Shown: piece after piece, positions 25,534-34,139 of the stretch
Numbering within the stretch: the first letter of the stretch is position 1
Layout: every line of letters begins with the position of its first letter
NCBI GenBank assembly: GCA_036524115.1
Contig: DATDCY010000279.1
Coordinates: forward strand, 1 to 58,146
Direction of reading: 5' to 3'
DNA: 58,146 nucleotides
Source of the DNA: a bacterium
Lineage (GTDB): Bacteria > JAUVQV01 > DATDCY01
The notes under the pieces: generated by a model
Databases searched by the model: none
What the model was told of the DNA's origin: nothing
What the model saw: only the letters and a program-made list of their open reading frames with translations
Program-made: the position numbers and the translations under genes

Positions 25534-28500
25534 TCACTGCCCGGGGGCCAGGATATGCCAGCCGTCCGTCGTCGAGGTCTTGCGGTGGCAGTTGTTGGCC
25601 GCGAGGTTGGCGCCGCTGACCCCCCAGGTGCTGAGGCCCGTGTCGATGCAGCTCTGGATGAGCAGCGCCGGCAGCCCGCTGGCGTGCGGGCTGTGGCACT
25701 TGGAGCAGGTGAACGCGTGGGCCTTGCTGCCCGGCCCGTCGGCGCCGCCGACGGTGCCGCTGCCGTACCAGTTGGCGTAGTCCGCGCCGTACCACCCGCT
25801 GTTCGCGACGACCCAGCCGCAGCCCGAGGGCGGGCACTGCTTGGAGGTGCACGACTGGGAGAAGGGATAATTCCCGTTGTCGCAGCCGCTCGAGCAGCCC
25901 ATCTGCAGGCCCATCCCGCAAACGGCATTGACCGGGTCGCGGTTGCCGGAGAAGAGGTCCACCTTGGACGCACCCGTCCCCCCCAGGCAGGAGTTGCTGT
26001 GGCCGTTGGTCATCCCGGGAAGCCAGAGCTTGGAGCTGCCGTAGTAGTCCATCGTGTCCACATTCGCGCCGTGGCACAGGGCGCAGAGCCCCGCCGTCTC
26101 GTCCACGGTGTCCATCGCCGCGTTCTTCGTCGGCCAGTTGCTGTTCTGGTCGATGAAGTACCCGCCCTTGTCCCGCGACGTGCTCAGGCCCCGGGGCGTC
26201 GTGCTGTATCTGCCGACCTGGGTCGTGTACGTGTACGTGCTGCGGGGCGGAAGCTCGGGTGGATAGGGGTTGCCCACCCAGGTGCCCCGGAGGTAGGGCT
26301 TCCCACTGGGGCCGAAGGTGTCGTGGACGTCGTGGCAGTACGAACAGCGGATCGTCCCCTTGGGCTCCAGGGTCGGGGAGGTCCGCTCGACCATCCCGTT
26401 CCCGCGGACGTTGGCGGCCACGCTCGAGGATTGCCCGGCGGCGTCGAAGCTCGCGGTGTGCACCGACGCGACGCGACGCTTCAGGCGCGAGTCGTAGGCG
26501 GACATCCAAAAGCCCTGCGTCCAATCGGAGGCCTTGGTTGCGTAGGACGACGAGGTGTAGAGCCAGCCGTGGTCCTCGGACTCCTGGTTGCCGTCCGATG
26601 TTGGGAAGGTGGCGACCGGAAATCCGACGGGAGTCGTCTTCGTGTTGTAGCCCCACTCACTGACGGGGGTCGCCACGCCCTCGTGACACCCCCAGCAGAT
26701 GTCGGCCTCGTTGGCCCTTCCGTTGATGGAGGCCACCGTGCCCGGGCCGCCGAGGCCGATCCCCCCGGCGTAGGCGATGCCCAGTTGGGTCCGCATGTTC
26801 GTGGAGCCGAGGTTGGGATTGCTCCAGCTGGTGGGCGGCAGGGGAATCCGCACTCCCTTGTAGTGACCGGCGTGGCAGTCCTTGCAGGTGCCCGACCCCC
26901 CGGGTGCCGTGATGTGCGAGCTGGCCATCGTGACGACCGGGGCGAGGGTCCCGCCGCCGCCATTGTGGCAGGAGGAGCAGGCCACCGTCGTGCTTCCCCA
27001 GGCCGGCGTCGCCGCGCCATGACAGGTGCTGGCCGGCGTGCCGGCGCAGGTCCCGTCGTCGATCCCGTCGCCGGCGCTGCCGGTGAGGATGCCGAAGCCG
27101 TCGGGGTCGTTGTAGATCACCACTGCGTTGTCGGTGTAGGAAAGCTGGCTGCCGTTGTATGCGGCCGTGGCGGCCGTGCCGTCGAAGGCCAGCTGCCCGG
27201 CGCCATCCTGGTGGCTGTTCGTGTAGGAGGTCGTCCCGGGGTGGCACGAGTTGCACTCCGTGTAGTCCGTGTCGCTGTTCGCGTGCGCGGCGTGGCTGCC
27301 TGCGCTGGGCCCCGATGTCGGCGGGGAGGCGTGGCAGCTCTCGCAGCCGAAGGCGGGGCCCCGGGAGGGGGTCGCCGTCGCCGACTGGGCGTCGTTGCTG
27401 GTGGCGTTCAACGGGTCTGCGCTGTCCCTGGCGCGCACGCCGTAGCAGTAGGTGAGGCCGTTCGCGAGCCCCGTGTCCTGGAAGGAGGTCGAGCCCAGGC
27501 CGGGCCGATACAGGTTGATGCCGTCCCAGAGCCCGGCGCAGGAGGCGTTCTGGACGCGGTAGAGATCATAGAAGACCGGGGGGGTGGTTGCCAGCCCGGG
27601 GTCGGTGGCGCTGTTCCAGGAGACCTGGACCACGCCGTCCGTGCTGGCGTCCTGCGCCGCGATCCCGGAGACGCCTCCGTTCCACGTCGGCGGAAAGGTG
27701 TCCAGGATTGTCTCGTTGAGGGTGACCTGGTTCGCGATTCCCGGGTAGCTGTCGTAGGCGATCCGGTGGTTCACGGAACCGTAGAAGTAGTTGTAGTAGT
27801 AGAAGAGGATCGCCAGACGGCTGCCCGCCGGCACCGTCACCGCGAGGGGACTCAGATTGAGCGAGTAGGCGGCCATCGCGGTGGTGAGCCCCCCCGTCTG
27901 CACGTACCGCGTCATGTCCGCCGTGTGGTTTCCGCTGGCGTCCACCGCGGCAAAGACCACAAGCACCTGTTCGAGGTAGGAGAGGTTGAGCTCACCCTGG
28001 AAGCCGAAAGTGTTCCCGGTGGCCGATCCGGTGACCCGGGTCTTGTTCGCGTACGGCGCGCTGTAGAACCCGGCGAAGTTGCGCCACTGATAGCTCCACG
28101 GCGTGGCGTCCGATGCCATGTAGTTCTCGGTGCTTTCCGTTCCGCAGTTCTTCGCCGTGGTCAGGAGCCCCAGGCCCGCCGGCGGTGCCGCGGGCGTCGG
28201 CACCGCGTTCCACAGGGGTGCGCCACTGACCGCGAGGTTGGCGGTGGCAGTCCCGCAGGTCAGGCTCAGGTTCGTGTTGACCGAGCCCCAGAGGTTGGTG
28301 GCGCCGGCGGGCTTGGTGAGGTAGTAGACCGTCTGTGAGCTCGTCGGAGGGGTTGCCGCCCCCGGCGCCACGCCGGCGGAGATGTCGGTGTTGGTGGTCT
28401 CGTTCCTGGTGACCCAGTTGTCCTTGGCGCGGACGCCGAAGTAGTAGGTCGTGCCGACCGTGAGTCCCGTCACCGTGGTGCTCGTCCCCGTCAAGTCCGT

Positions 28501-31500
28501 GGCGATGGGCGGCCCGACGAAGACCGCGGCCGCGGAGTTCGTCGTTGAGGCATAGAGATCGTAGCTGACCGGGTTCGAGGGGTAGGCGTCGGTGGCCGCG
28601 TTCCAGGTCACGTTCAAGACCCCGCCCAGGTTGGGGTTCGTGGCGGCGATGCCGGAGTTCGGGGACCAGGCCGGAGGCGCCGTGTCCGGCGTGTAGTACC
28701 AGCCCGGCGTCGTCGAGCCGGCGTGGCAGTCGACGTTCGTGCAGGTGCTCGAGGCCGCGACGAAGGCGCCGTCGGCGTCGGTGCCGCCCGTGATCGTCTT
28801 GAACCTGCTGCTCACGCCGTCCATGACGTCGGCGGGCGGGGCGGACTGGTCGCCCGAGTGAGCGCCGCCGGGGTGGCACCAGTTGCACGTGCTGGCGTTG
28901 TCCGCGCTCGTCCCCGGGTTGCCGGCCACGATCGCCGCGACGTGCTTCTGGTGCGCGCCGGGGCGGTTCTCGTAACCCGAACCGTTCTGCACGCCGCCGT
29001 CCGGGTAGACGTTCGCGCCGCTTGTGCCGTGGCAGGCGCTGCAGCTGCCCGGACCGATGTCGCGGGCGCGCAGCGGGCTGACGGTCGGCATGGTCCCGGC
29101 CGCCGGGCCGATCCGGTGGCTGGCGTCGTCCAGGTGACAGGCGGCGTTGGCGCAGCCGCCACTGGACGGGTTGTAGTTCGCGTCGTCGGTCGAGGCGGCG
29201 TTGCCGTCGTCGTTCATCGTCACGCTGCCGTCCCGGTGGTCCGTGGCCGGCACGTAGGTGTAGCTGCCGTTGAGCACGGCCGGGTCCTGCACGACGAAGC
29301 CGTCCAGGGTGCCGTTGGCCTTCACGCCGTGGCAGATCCCACACTCGTTGTGGTTGCCCTTGAGCGCGGCGGTGTTCCCGGGCGTGATCGAGTCGTGATA
29401 GACCGCCTCGGCGCCGGCAGCGTGCAGGTTGTAGTTCGCGCCCCCGTCGGCGGCACCCGTCGGCGGGTAGCCGTGGCAACTCGTGCACGAGGCCCCGCCG
29501 AAATTGACCGCGGACACGCTCCAGTTCGAGTTCTCGAGCCGGTGCCCGGCGTCGTTCCCGTGGCAGACCGCGGCGTTGCTGCAGCCGAAGTTCGCCTCGT
29601 CGTACCCGGTGCCGGTCGAGGGTTGCGGGCCGTTCATCTGGATGGCGCCATCTCCGTGCATGCCCGAGCCATCCCGCGGGTTCCAGAAGTTCGCCCCCGC
29701 CGTGTAACCGGCGTGCCTGTCGCTGCGGGAGTTCGCCCCGTGGCAGGTTCTGCAGGTCTGGTGCGTCCCGGCCGCCAGGAGCTCGGACGAGGCGTCGCCG
29801 TCCCAGTTGTACCCGTGCTCGACGGAGTTGTCCGCGCCGTTGTGCGCGCCGCCGCCGAAGGTCCAGTCATTTGCGAACCCGCCATGGCAATTGGCGCACT
29901 CCGTCCCGTCGGTGTTGGCCGCGCTCGTGTCCCAGCGACGTCTCCAACTCCCGGCGTCGCCGTTGTTCACCGTCGGGCCGTGGCACGTCGCGAAGGCGCC
30001 GCCGTTCGGGCCGCAGGTGGGCGTAGCGGCGTCGACGAAGCCGACGCTCGAGTCGAGATGGACTCTCGGGAGGCTGCCGTCGAGGGACCCGACGCTGGCG
30101 TCGAACACGCCGTCGATGTGGTTGGCCGCCGGCTCCGTCGGCGTTGTCGTGTGGCACGTGGCGCAGTCGCCCACGACCGGGCCGTCCGCGCCGTCGGCGT
30201 CCCAGGAGCCGTCGTGGCTGTTGCCCGTGACGCTGGGTGTCACGGCGTGCAGCCCGCTCACCGGGGCGTTCGCGCCGCCGCCGATGTAACTGCCGTCATG
30301 GCAGTCCAGGCAGGCCAGCGTCGTCGCGCTCGTCCAGTCGCGCCCGTCCGTCACCGCGTGGCAGGTATTCGCGCACACGCCCGTCGCCGGCGTGTACGGG
30401 AACGCAACGTCGTGGCTGCCGTTGAAGTGCGCTGCGTGCCGTCCCGCCGCCGCCCCCGCGCCGTGGCAATCGCTGCAGCCCCCGGACACGTACGCGCTGT
30501 TGTTCAGGTGCGGCGTGTGCTCGCCCGACGTCAGCGGCCAGCCGCTGAGGATCCCGCTGGCGTACAGCATCTTGCCGCTCGCGGCGTGGCAGTCGGCGCA
30601 GGAGGCCAGCGTCGTCGCGCTCCACGCGCCCGCGCCGCCCGAGCTGTTGTGACAGCCGTTGGCCGCGCCGTCGCAGTTCGCCTCCGTGTCGAAGGCGCTC
30701 GTGTAGTCGAACGCCGCCGTCATGTACGAACCGCCGAAGTTCACCGTCCCGCCCGTCCCGTGGATGCCCGTCCCCGGCGGCTGCGACCGGCCGTCGTGCG
30801 GGTGGCACACCTGGCAGCCTGCGACGTAGCCCGAGGCGACGTGCGCGTCGTGCGTCGCCTGGCTCTTGGTCGTCCCGAGGTGGCTGCGGCCGTTGGCCGC
30901 GTGGCAGTCGTTGCAGGAGGACTGCGCCCGCCAGCCCCCCAGCGCATCCTTGTTGTGGCTGTGGCACGTGTTGCAGTCGGTCCCCGGAGCCTGCTGCCCG
31001 CCCTTGTGCGTGGTGCTCGGCGAGTTGATCCACGCCGACAGCGGCGAGTACCCGCTCCCATGGCAATCGGCGACGTCGCAGACGCCGTTCGCGTCGCCGG
31101 TGCGGAAGAAGTCGAGGATGGTCGTGGAGTTGGCGTGGTAGTCCCCCGTCGAGGCAAGGTCCCACTTGGGCGTGTCGTAGACGACCGTCTCCGTGCCGGC
31201 CCTGTTCGCGAACTGGGACAGCGGCGCCTTGTAGTACCCGGCCCTCTTGGCCTTCTCCGGGATCATCATCACGTTCGAGGTGGTTCCCACCCCCTCGGCG
31301 TGCTCGTCGTGACAGTCCTGGCAGCCCACCCCGCCGGCGCTCGCCGTCTGGTGCGCCTGGTAGCTCTGGTGACAGGAGATGCAGATGCCCACCAGCGGGT
31401 TGCCCATCGCCGAGCCCGTGTCCCACGCCTGCAGCGTGCCGCTGAGGTTGAACTTCCGGAGGTACCGGTCCTGGTCCGTCGACCCCGACGTGTCGTTCGC

Positions 31501-32652
31501 GTGCGGCTTCTGCGCCGGGTCCAGCCCCACGTGGCACGCGGTGCAGGTGTAGCCCATCGTGACCTCGGTGCCGCTCGCGTCAGGCGCTGCGTTCTTGTAC
31601 CGGTAGGTGCTCTGCGCCATGCCGTGGCCGTGCTTGTAGTAGTTCCCCCCGTCGGCCAGGTTGTTCCAGTCGCCCGCGTAGTGGCACACGCTCGTGCAGT
31701 CCCCGCTGACCACCGGCGTGTCCGCCGTCATCCCGGTCCCGGTCTTGTGCTGCTCGTGCCCGTCGTTGAACAGCCGCCGGTTCGAGGAGTAGTGCGTATC
31801 GTGGCAGACCGTGCACTGCGCCGTCATCGCCAGGCCGGTGACGTCCGCCGCGCCGTTCGCGTCCAGGTCGGCGGTGCGCAGCACCGTGCTGTCGTTCTCG
31901 CGGAGCGGACGCCCCGCGCGCCCGTCCGCGTGCGCCAGCAGCCGCATGCTCACGCCCTTGATCGTCTGCGCAGCGTCGCTGCTGTGGCACGTCCGGCACA
32001 GCGTGTCGTACTCGCCGGCCGCCGTGACGCTCTTGAGCATGAACGGGTTGCCCACCGGGTCCGCCGGAGGTCCGTGTTCGGGGTACTTGTCCGCCGGCCC
32101 GCCACGCGAGGTCGCGGCGTTGCCATCGCTGCCCTCGTCGACGGTCGTGGTCGCCGGGTCGTCGCGGCCATCCGCGCAGCTGACGAGATCGTGGCAATCG
32201 ACGCAATCGAGCTCGTAGCTCGTCGCGGAATCGAGGGTGCTGAGGAACTCGTTGCGCGTATCGCTGCCCGCGCCCCGGAAGTCGTACCCCACGGGGTGGA
32301 AGGACGTCCGGCTCCGAAAGTCGCTGAGCGCCGGCTTCATCGTCCCCGTCCGGCCGCTGTCGTTGTGGCAGAAGGTGCAGCCGAGTCTCGGGGGGCTCTG
32401 GCCGGCCGGCAGCCCGGCGTACTGCGCGATCAGCGGGAAGGTGCGGACCAGCCTGTTGATGAAGCTGGTGCCCGCAGCGCCCTCGGTCTCATCCAGGGTG
32501 TGGCAGGCGTAGCAAGCCTCGCCGGCGTCGTGCGCGGCCTGTGCGGCGGGGGGGCGCGCCGCGGCGAGGGCGACGAGCGTCACCAAGCACCCCGCGAGGA
32601 GCAGGAGGCTTCGCGGCGGCGGTCCTTGTTGCACCGTATCCGCCATAGTCAT
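25534..32652 (-). CDS. giant (2372 aa) exported multihaem c-type cytochrome with Geobacter-type CxxxxCH...CxxCH repeats and two FN3-like domains
   Basis: Signal or anchor sequence ...PRSLLLLAGCLVTLVALAAARPPAAQA. Hand count from the translation gives 29 CxxCH and about 10 CxnCH variants (for example CDVADCH, CANAACH, CTNVDCH). FN3-like modules VLNVTWNAATD...YYFGVRAKD and VVQVSWNSATD...YCYGVRARD. Confidence 0.9.
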   Translation of the reverse strand: MTMADTVQQGPPPRSLLLLAGCLVTLVALAAARPPAAQAAHDAGEACYACHTLDETEGAAGTSFINRLVRTFPLIAQYAGLPAGQSPPRLGCTFCHNDSGRTGTMKPALSDFRSRTSFHPVGYDFRGAGSDTRNEFLSTLDSATSYELDCVDCHDLVSCADGRDDPATTTVDEGSDGNAATSRGGPADKYPEHGPPADPVGNPFMLKSVTAAGEYDTLCRTCHSSDAAQTIKGVSMRLLAHADGRAGRPLRENDSTVLRTADLDANGAADVTGLAMTAQCTVCHDTHYSSNRRLFNDGHEQHKTGTGMTADTPVVSGDCTSVCHYAGDWNNLADGGNYYKHGHGMAQSTYRYKNAAPDASGTEVTMGYTCTACHVGLDPAQKPHANDTSGSTDQDRYLRKFNLSGTLQAWDTGSAMGNPLVGICISCHQSYQAHQTASAGGVGCQDCHDEHAEGVGTTSNVMMIPEKAKRAGYYKAPLSQFANRAGTETVVYDTPKWDLASTGDYHANSTTILDFFRTGDANGVCDVADCHGSGYSPLSAWINSPSTTHKGGQQAPGTDCNTCHSHNKDALGGWRAQSSCNDCHAANGRSHLGTTKSQATHDAHVASGYVAGCQVCHPHDGRSQPPGTGIHGTGGTVNFGGSYMTAAFDYTSAFDTEANCDGAANGCHNSSGGAGAWSATTLASCADCHAASGKMLYASGILSGWPLTSGEHTPHLNNSAYVSGGCSDCHGAGAAAGRHAAHFNGSHDVAFPYTPATGVCANTCHAVTDGRDWTSATTLACLDCHDGSYIGGGANAPVSGLHAVTPSVTGNSHDGSWDADGADGPVVGDCATCHTTTPTEPAANHIDGVFDASVGSLDGSLPRVHLDSSVGFVDAATPTCGPNGGAFATCHGPTVNNGDAGSWRRRWDTSAANTDGTECANCHGGFANDWTFGGGAHNGADNSVEHGYNWDGDASSELLAAGTHQTCRTCHGANSRSDRHAGYTAGANFWNPRDGSGMHGDGAIQMNGPQPSTGTGYDEANFGCSNAAVCHGNDAGHRLENSNWSVSAVNFGGASCTSCHGYPPTGAADGGANYNLHAAGAEAVYHDSITPGNTAALKGNHNECGICHGVKANGTLDGFVVQDPAVLNGSYTYVPATDHRDGSVTMNDDGNAASTDDANYNPSSGGCANAACHLDDASHRIGPAAGTMPTVSPLRARDIGPGSCSACHGTSGANVYPDGGVQNGSGYENRPGAHQKHVAAIVAGNPGTSADNASTCNWCHPGGAHSGDQSAPPADVMDGVSSRFKTITGGTDADGAFVAASSTCTNVDCHAGSTTPGWYYTPDTAPPAWSPNSGIAATNPNLGGVLNVTWNAATDAYPSNPVSYDLYASTTNSAAAVFVGPPIATDLTGTSTTVTGLTVGTTYYFGVRAKDNWVTRNETTNTDISAGVAPGAATPPTSSQTVYYLTKPAGATNLWGSVNTNLSLTCGTATANLAVSGAPLWNAVPTPAAPPAGLGLLTTAKNCGTESTENYMASDATPWSYQWRNFAGFYSAPYANKTRVTGSATGNTFGFQGELNLSYLEQVLVVFAAVDASGNHTADMTRYVQTGGLTTAMAAYSLNLSPLAVTVPAGSRLAILFYYYNYFYGSVNHRIAYDSYPGIANQVTLNETILDTFPPTWNGGVSGIAAQDASTDGVVQVSWNSATDPGLATTPPVFYDLYRVQNASCAGLWDGINLYRPGLGSTSFQDTGLANGLTYCYGVRARDSADPLNATSNDAQSATATPSRGPAFGCESCHASPPTSGPSAGSHAAHANSDTDYTECNSCHPGTTSYTNSHQDGAGQLAFDGTAATAAYNGSQLSYTDNAVVIYNDPDGFGILTGSAGDGIDDGTCAGTPASTCHGAATPAWGSTTVACSSCHNGGGGTLAPVVTMASSHITAPGGSGTCKDCHAGHYKGVRIPLPPTSWSNPNLGSTNMRTQLGIAYAGGIGLGGPGTVASINGRANEADICWGCHEGVATPVSEWGYNTKTTPVGFPVATFPTSDGNQESEDHGWLYTSSSYATKASDWTQGFWMSAYDSRLKRRVASVHTASFDAAGQSSSVAANVRGNGMVERTSPTLEPKGTIRCSYCHDVHDTFGPSGKPYLRGTWVGNPYPPELPPRSTYTYTTQVGRYSTTPRGLSTSRDKGGYFIDQNSNWPTKNAAMDTVDETAGLCALCHGANVDTMDYYGSSKLWLPGMTNGHSNSCLGGTGASKVDLFSGNRDPVNAVCGMGLQMGCSSGCDNGNYPFSQSCTSKQCPPSGCGWVVANSGWYGADYANWYGSGTVGGADGPGSKAHAFTCSKCHSPHASGLPALLIQSCIDTGLSTWGVSGANLAANNCHRKTSTTDGWHILAPGQ

Positions 32653-32671
32653 ACTCGCCTAATCCTGACTG

Positions 32672-32680
32672 ATATTACCA
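32672..32680 (-). promoter_or_regulatory. possible extended -10 promoter (TGGTAATAT) of the giant cytochrome gene
   Basis: The reverse complement of 32672-32680 reads TGGTAATAT. It lies in an AT-rich patch about 20 nt upstream of ATG 32652 (AGGA RBS in between) and downstream of a terminator-like hairpin. Confidence 0.35.
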
Positions 32681-32739
32681 GAAATTGACGGAAAGGTTAC
32701 ACGAGAGTTACGGACTTCGCGGCAACGGACAAACGGATA

Positions 32740-32770
32740 GAGGGCGGGTCCCTTGCCGGGGCCCGCCCTC
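32740..32770 (-). terminator. terminator-like hairpin after the octahaem cytochrome gene
   Basis: GAGGGCGGG (32740-32748) pairs with CCCGCCCTC (32762-32770), and flanking ACGGAT/ATCCGT can extend the stem. On the minus strand it is followed by TATCCGTTT. Confidence 0.6.
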
Positions 32771-32820
32771 TGGATCCGTCCTGTGCCTTCCTGCCCGCGC
32801 CGGTGCGAGCGGGGACGGCG

Positions 32821-34032
32821 CTACTTCTTCGCTTCCGCCCGCATGGAGGCGGCGTCGGCCTTGATCTCGACGAGGTCCTTCTTCAGCTCCGCGTAGCCGT
32901 ACCAGGTCACGTAGTCGGGGTTCATGTGGAACGCGCCCTGGAACGCCCGCATGCGGTGCTCGAGGAACATCACGTAGAGCGTCTGCTCCACGGGCGTCGT
33001 CGCGTCGTAGAAGGTCAGGAGGTCCGGGTAGGCTGGCTGGCCCTCGGCCGGCTTGATGATGCCGTCCCTGTAGAGCCCGGCGACGATCTCGATCGCCTCG
33101 GCCATGATCTTGTCGGCCTCCTTGACCATCGCATCGGCTTCCTTGAGGTTCTGCTTGTAGAACGAGGCGCTGTGGCACTGCGAGCAGACCTTCTCCATCT
33201 TCCCGCGCTCGGCGTCGAACGCCTCCTTGGTCAGCCGGGCGACGTCCCCGGCCTTCACGACGTCGAGCCGCGCGGTCGGCTTGCCGTCGACGTCGAGCAC
33301 CCGCAGCGCCTTGAGGATCGTCGCGCGGTAGCCCATCCACTCGGCGTCGTCCTCCGGCAGCCGCAGCGCGAGGAAGCCCCAGGCGGTCTTCACGCCGTGG
33401 TCGCCGCCGGGCATGTGGCAGGTCTGGCAGACGGGGGCGCGGCCGGTATCGTTGGTCGAGAGCGCGATCGAGCCATGCTTGGAGGTCGACCACATCTCCC
33501 ACTGCGGGTGGTCGAAGCCCATGTGGCAGGTCTGGCAGGCCTGCGGCTTGCTCGCCTCGGCCTTCGAGAAGACGTGGCGGGTGTGGCAGGAGTTGCAGCC
33601 CATCCCGTAGCGGTTGTACTGCTTCTCCGCCTCCGGCTTGACCCCGACGCGGTGGCAGCCCCCGCAGCCCTTGAGGCCCGAGATGTACGGGTGCGGCTGG
33701 AGGCTGTTGGTCGGCATCGCGGCCATCGCGACCCAGCCCTTGGAGTGCTTGCCGGCCATGTAGCCGTCGTACTGCTTGGCGTGGCACTTCTTGCAGGTCT
33801 CCGGGGTCGGGAGCGCCGCCTTGGTGGCGTCCTTCTCGCTGGTGTGCGCGGTGCCGTGGCACTCCTCGCAACCCATCGCGTCGTTCATCGCGCTCTTCTT
33901 CCAGTCCGCGACGATGCCCGGGCTGACCTTCTCGTGGCAGGTGATGCACGCGCTGTCGGCGGCCGCCGCCGGTCCCGCCGCGAGCGCGAGCAGGCCGATC
34001 GCCGCCATGGTCAATGCCGCTGCCTTCTTCAT
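32821..34032 (-). CDS. octahaem c-type cytochrome, hydroxylamine-oxidoreductase (HAO)-like family
   Basis: ATG 34032 follows GGGAGGGAAGGG. Signal peptide MKKAAALTMAAIGLLALAAGPAAA. Eight CxxCH motifs (CITCH, CEECH, CKKCH, CGGCH, CNSCH, CQTCH, CQTCH, CSQCH) and a helical C-terminal part. Confidence 0.85.
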   Translation of the reverse strand: MKKAAALTMAAIGLLALAAGPAAAADSACITCHEKVSPGIVADWKKSAMNDAMGCEECHGTAHTSEKDATKAALPTPETCKKCHAKQYDGYMAGKHSKGWVAMAAMPTNSLQPHPYISGLKGCGGCHRVGVKPEAEKQYNRYGMGCNSCHTRHVFSKAEASKPQACQTCHMGFDHPQWEMWSTSKHGSIALSTNDTGRAPVCQTCHMPGGDHGVKTAWGFLALRLPEDDAEWMGYRATILKALRVLDVDGKPTARLDVVKAGDVARLTKEAFDAERGKMEKVCSQCHSASFYKQNLKEADAMVKEADKIMAEAIEIVAGLYRDGIIKPAEGQPAYPDLLTFYDATTPVEQTLYVMFLEHRMRAFQGAFHMNPDYVTWYGYAELKKDLVEIKADAASMRAEAKK

Positions 34033-34139
34033 CCCTTCCCTCCCTGCGTGTGGTGGTGGACTGCGGTTGCCCGCGAACACGGGGGCGGGCCGCTGCCCGC
34101 CCCCACCTTGAAGACGCCTGACGGGACCCTTGCGCCGTG

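Noticed and set aside
22217-26656. The Big_1 ORF and the EamA ORF are in the same frame, separated by TAG 23129-23131: possible stop read-through or fusion
   Set aside because: The stop is TAG, not TGA, and there is no SECIS-like structure. The two proteins have unrelated architectures (secreted Ig-like versus polytopic transporter). The 27-nt spacer contains a GGGGAGG RBS, so this is a coincidental frame match.
22058-32688. Plus-strand ORFs of 937-1321 aa (22058..25525, 25525..28338, 28723..32688) antisense to the transporter, Big_1 and cytochrome genes
   Set aside because: Their translations are dominated by R, G, A, V, P and D with no recognisable motifs. The minus-strand frames carry signal peptides, Big_1 repeats and 29 CxxCH motifs. 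These are GC-driven stop-free antisense frames.
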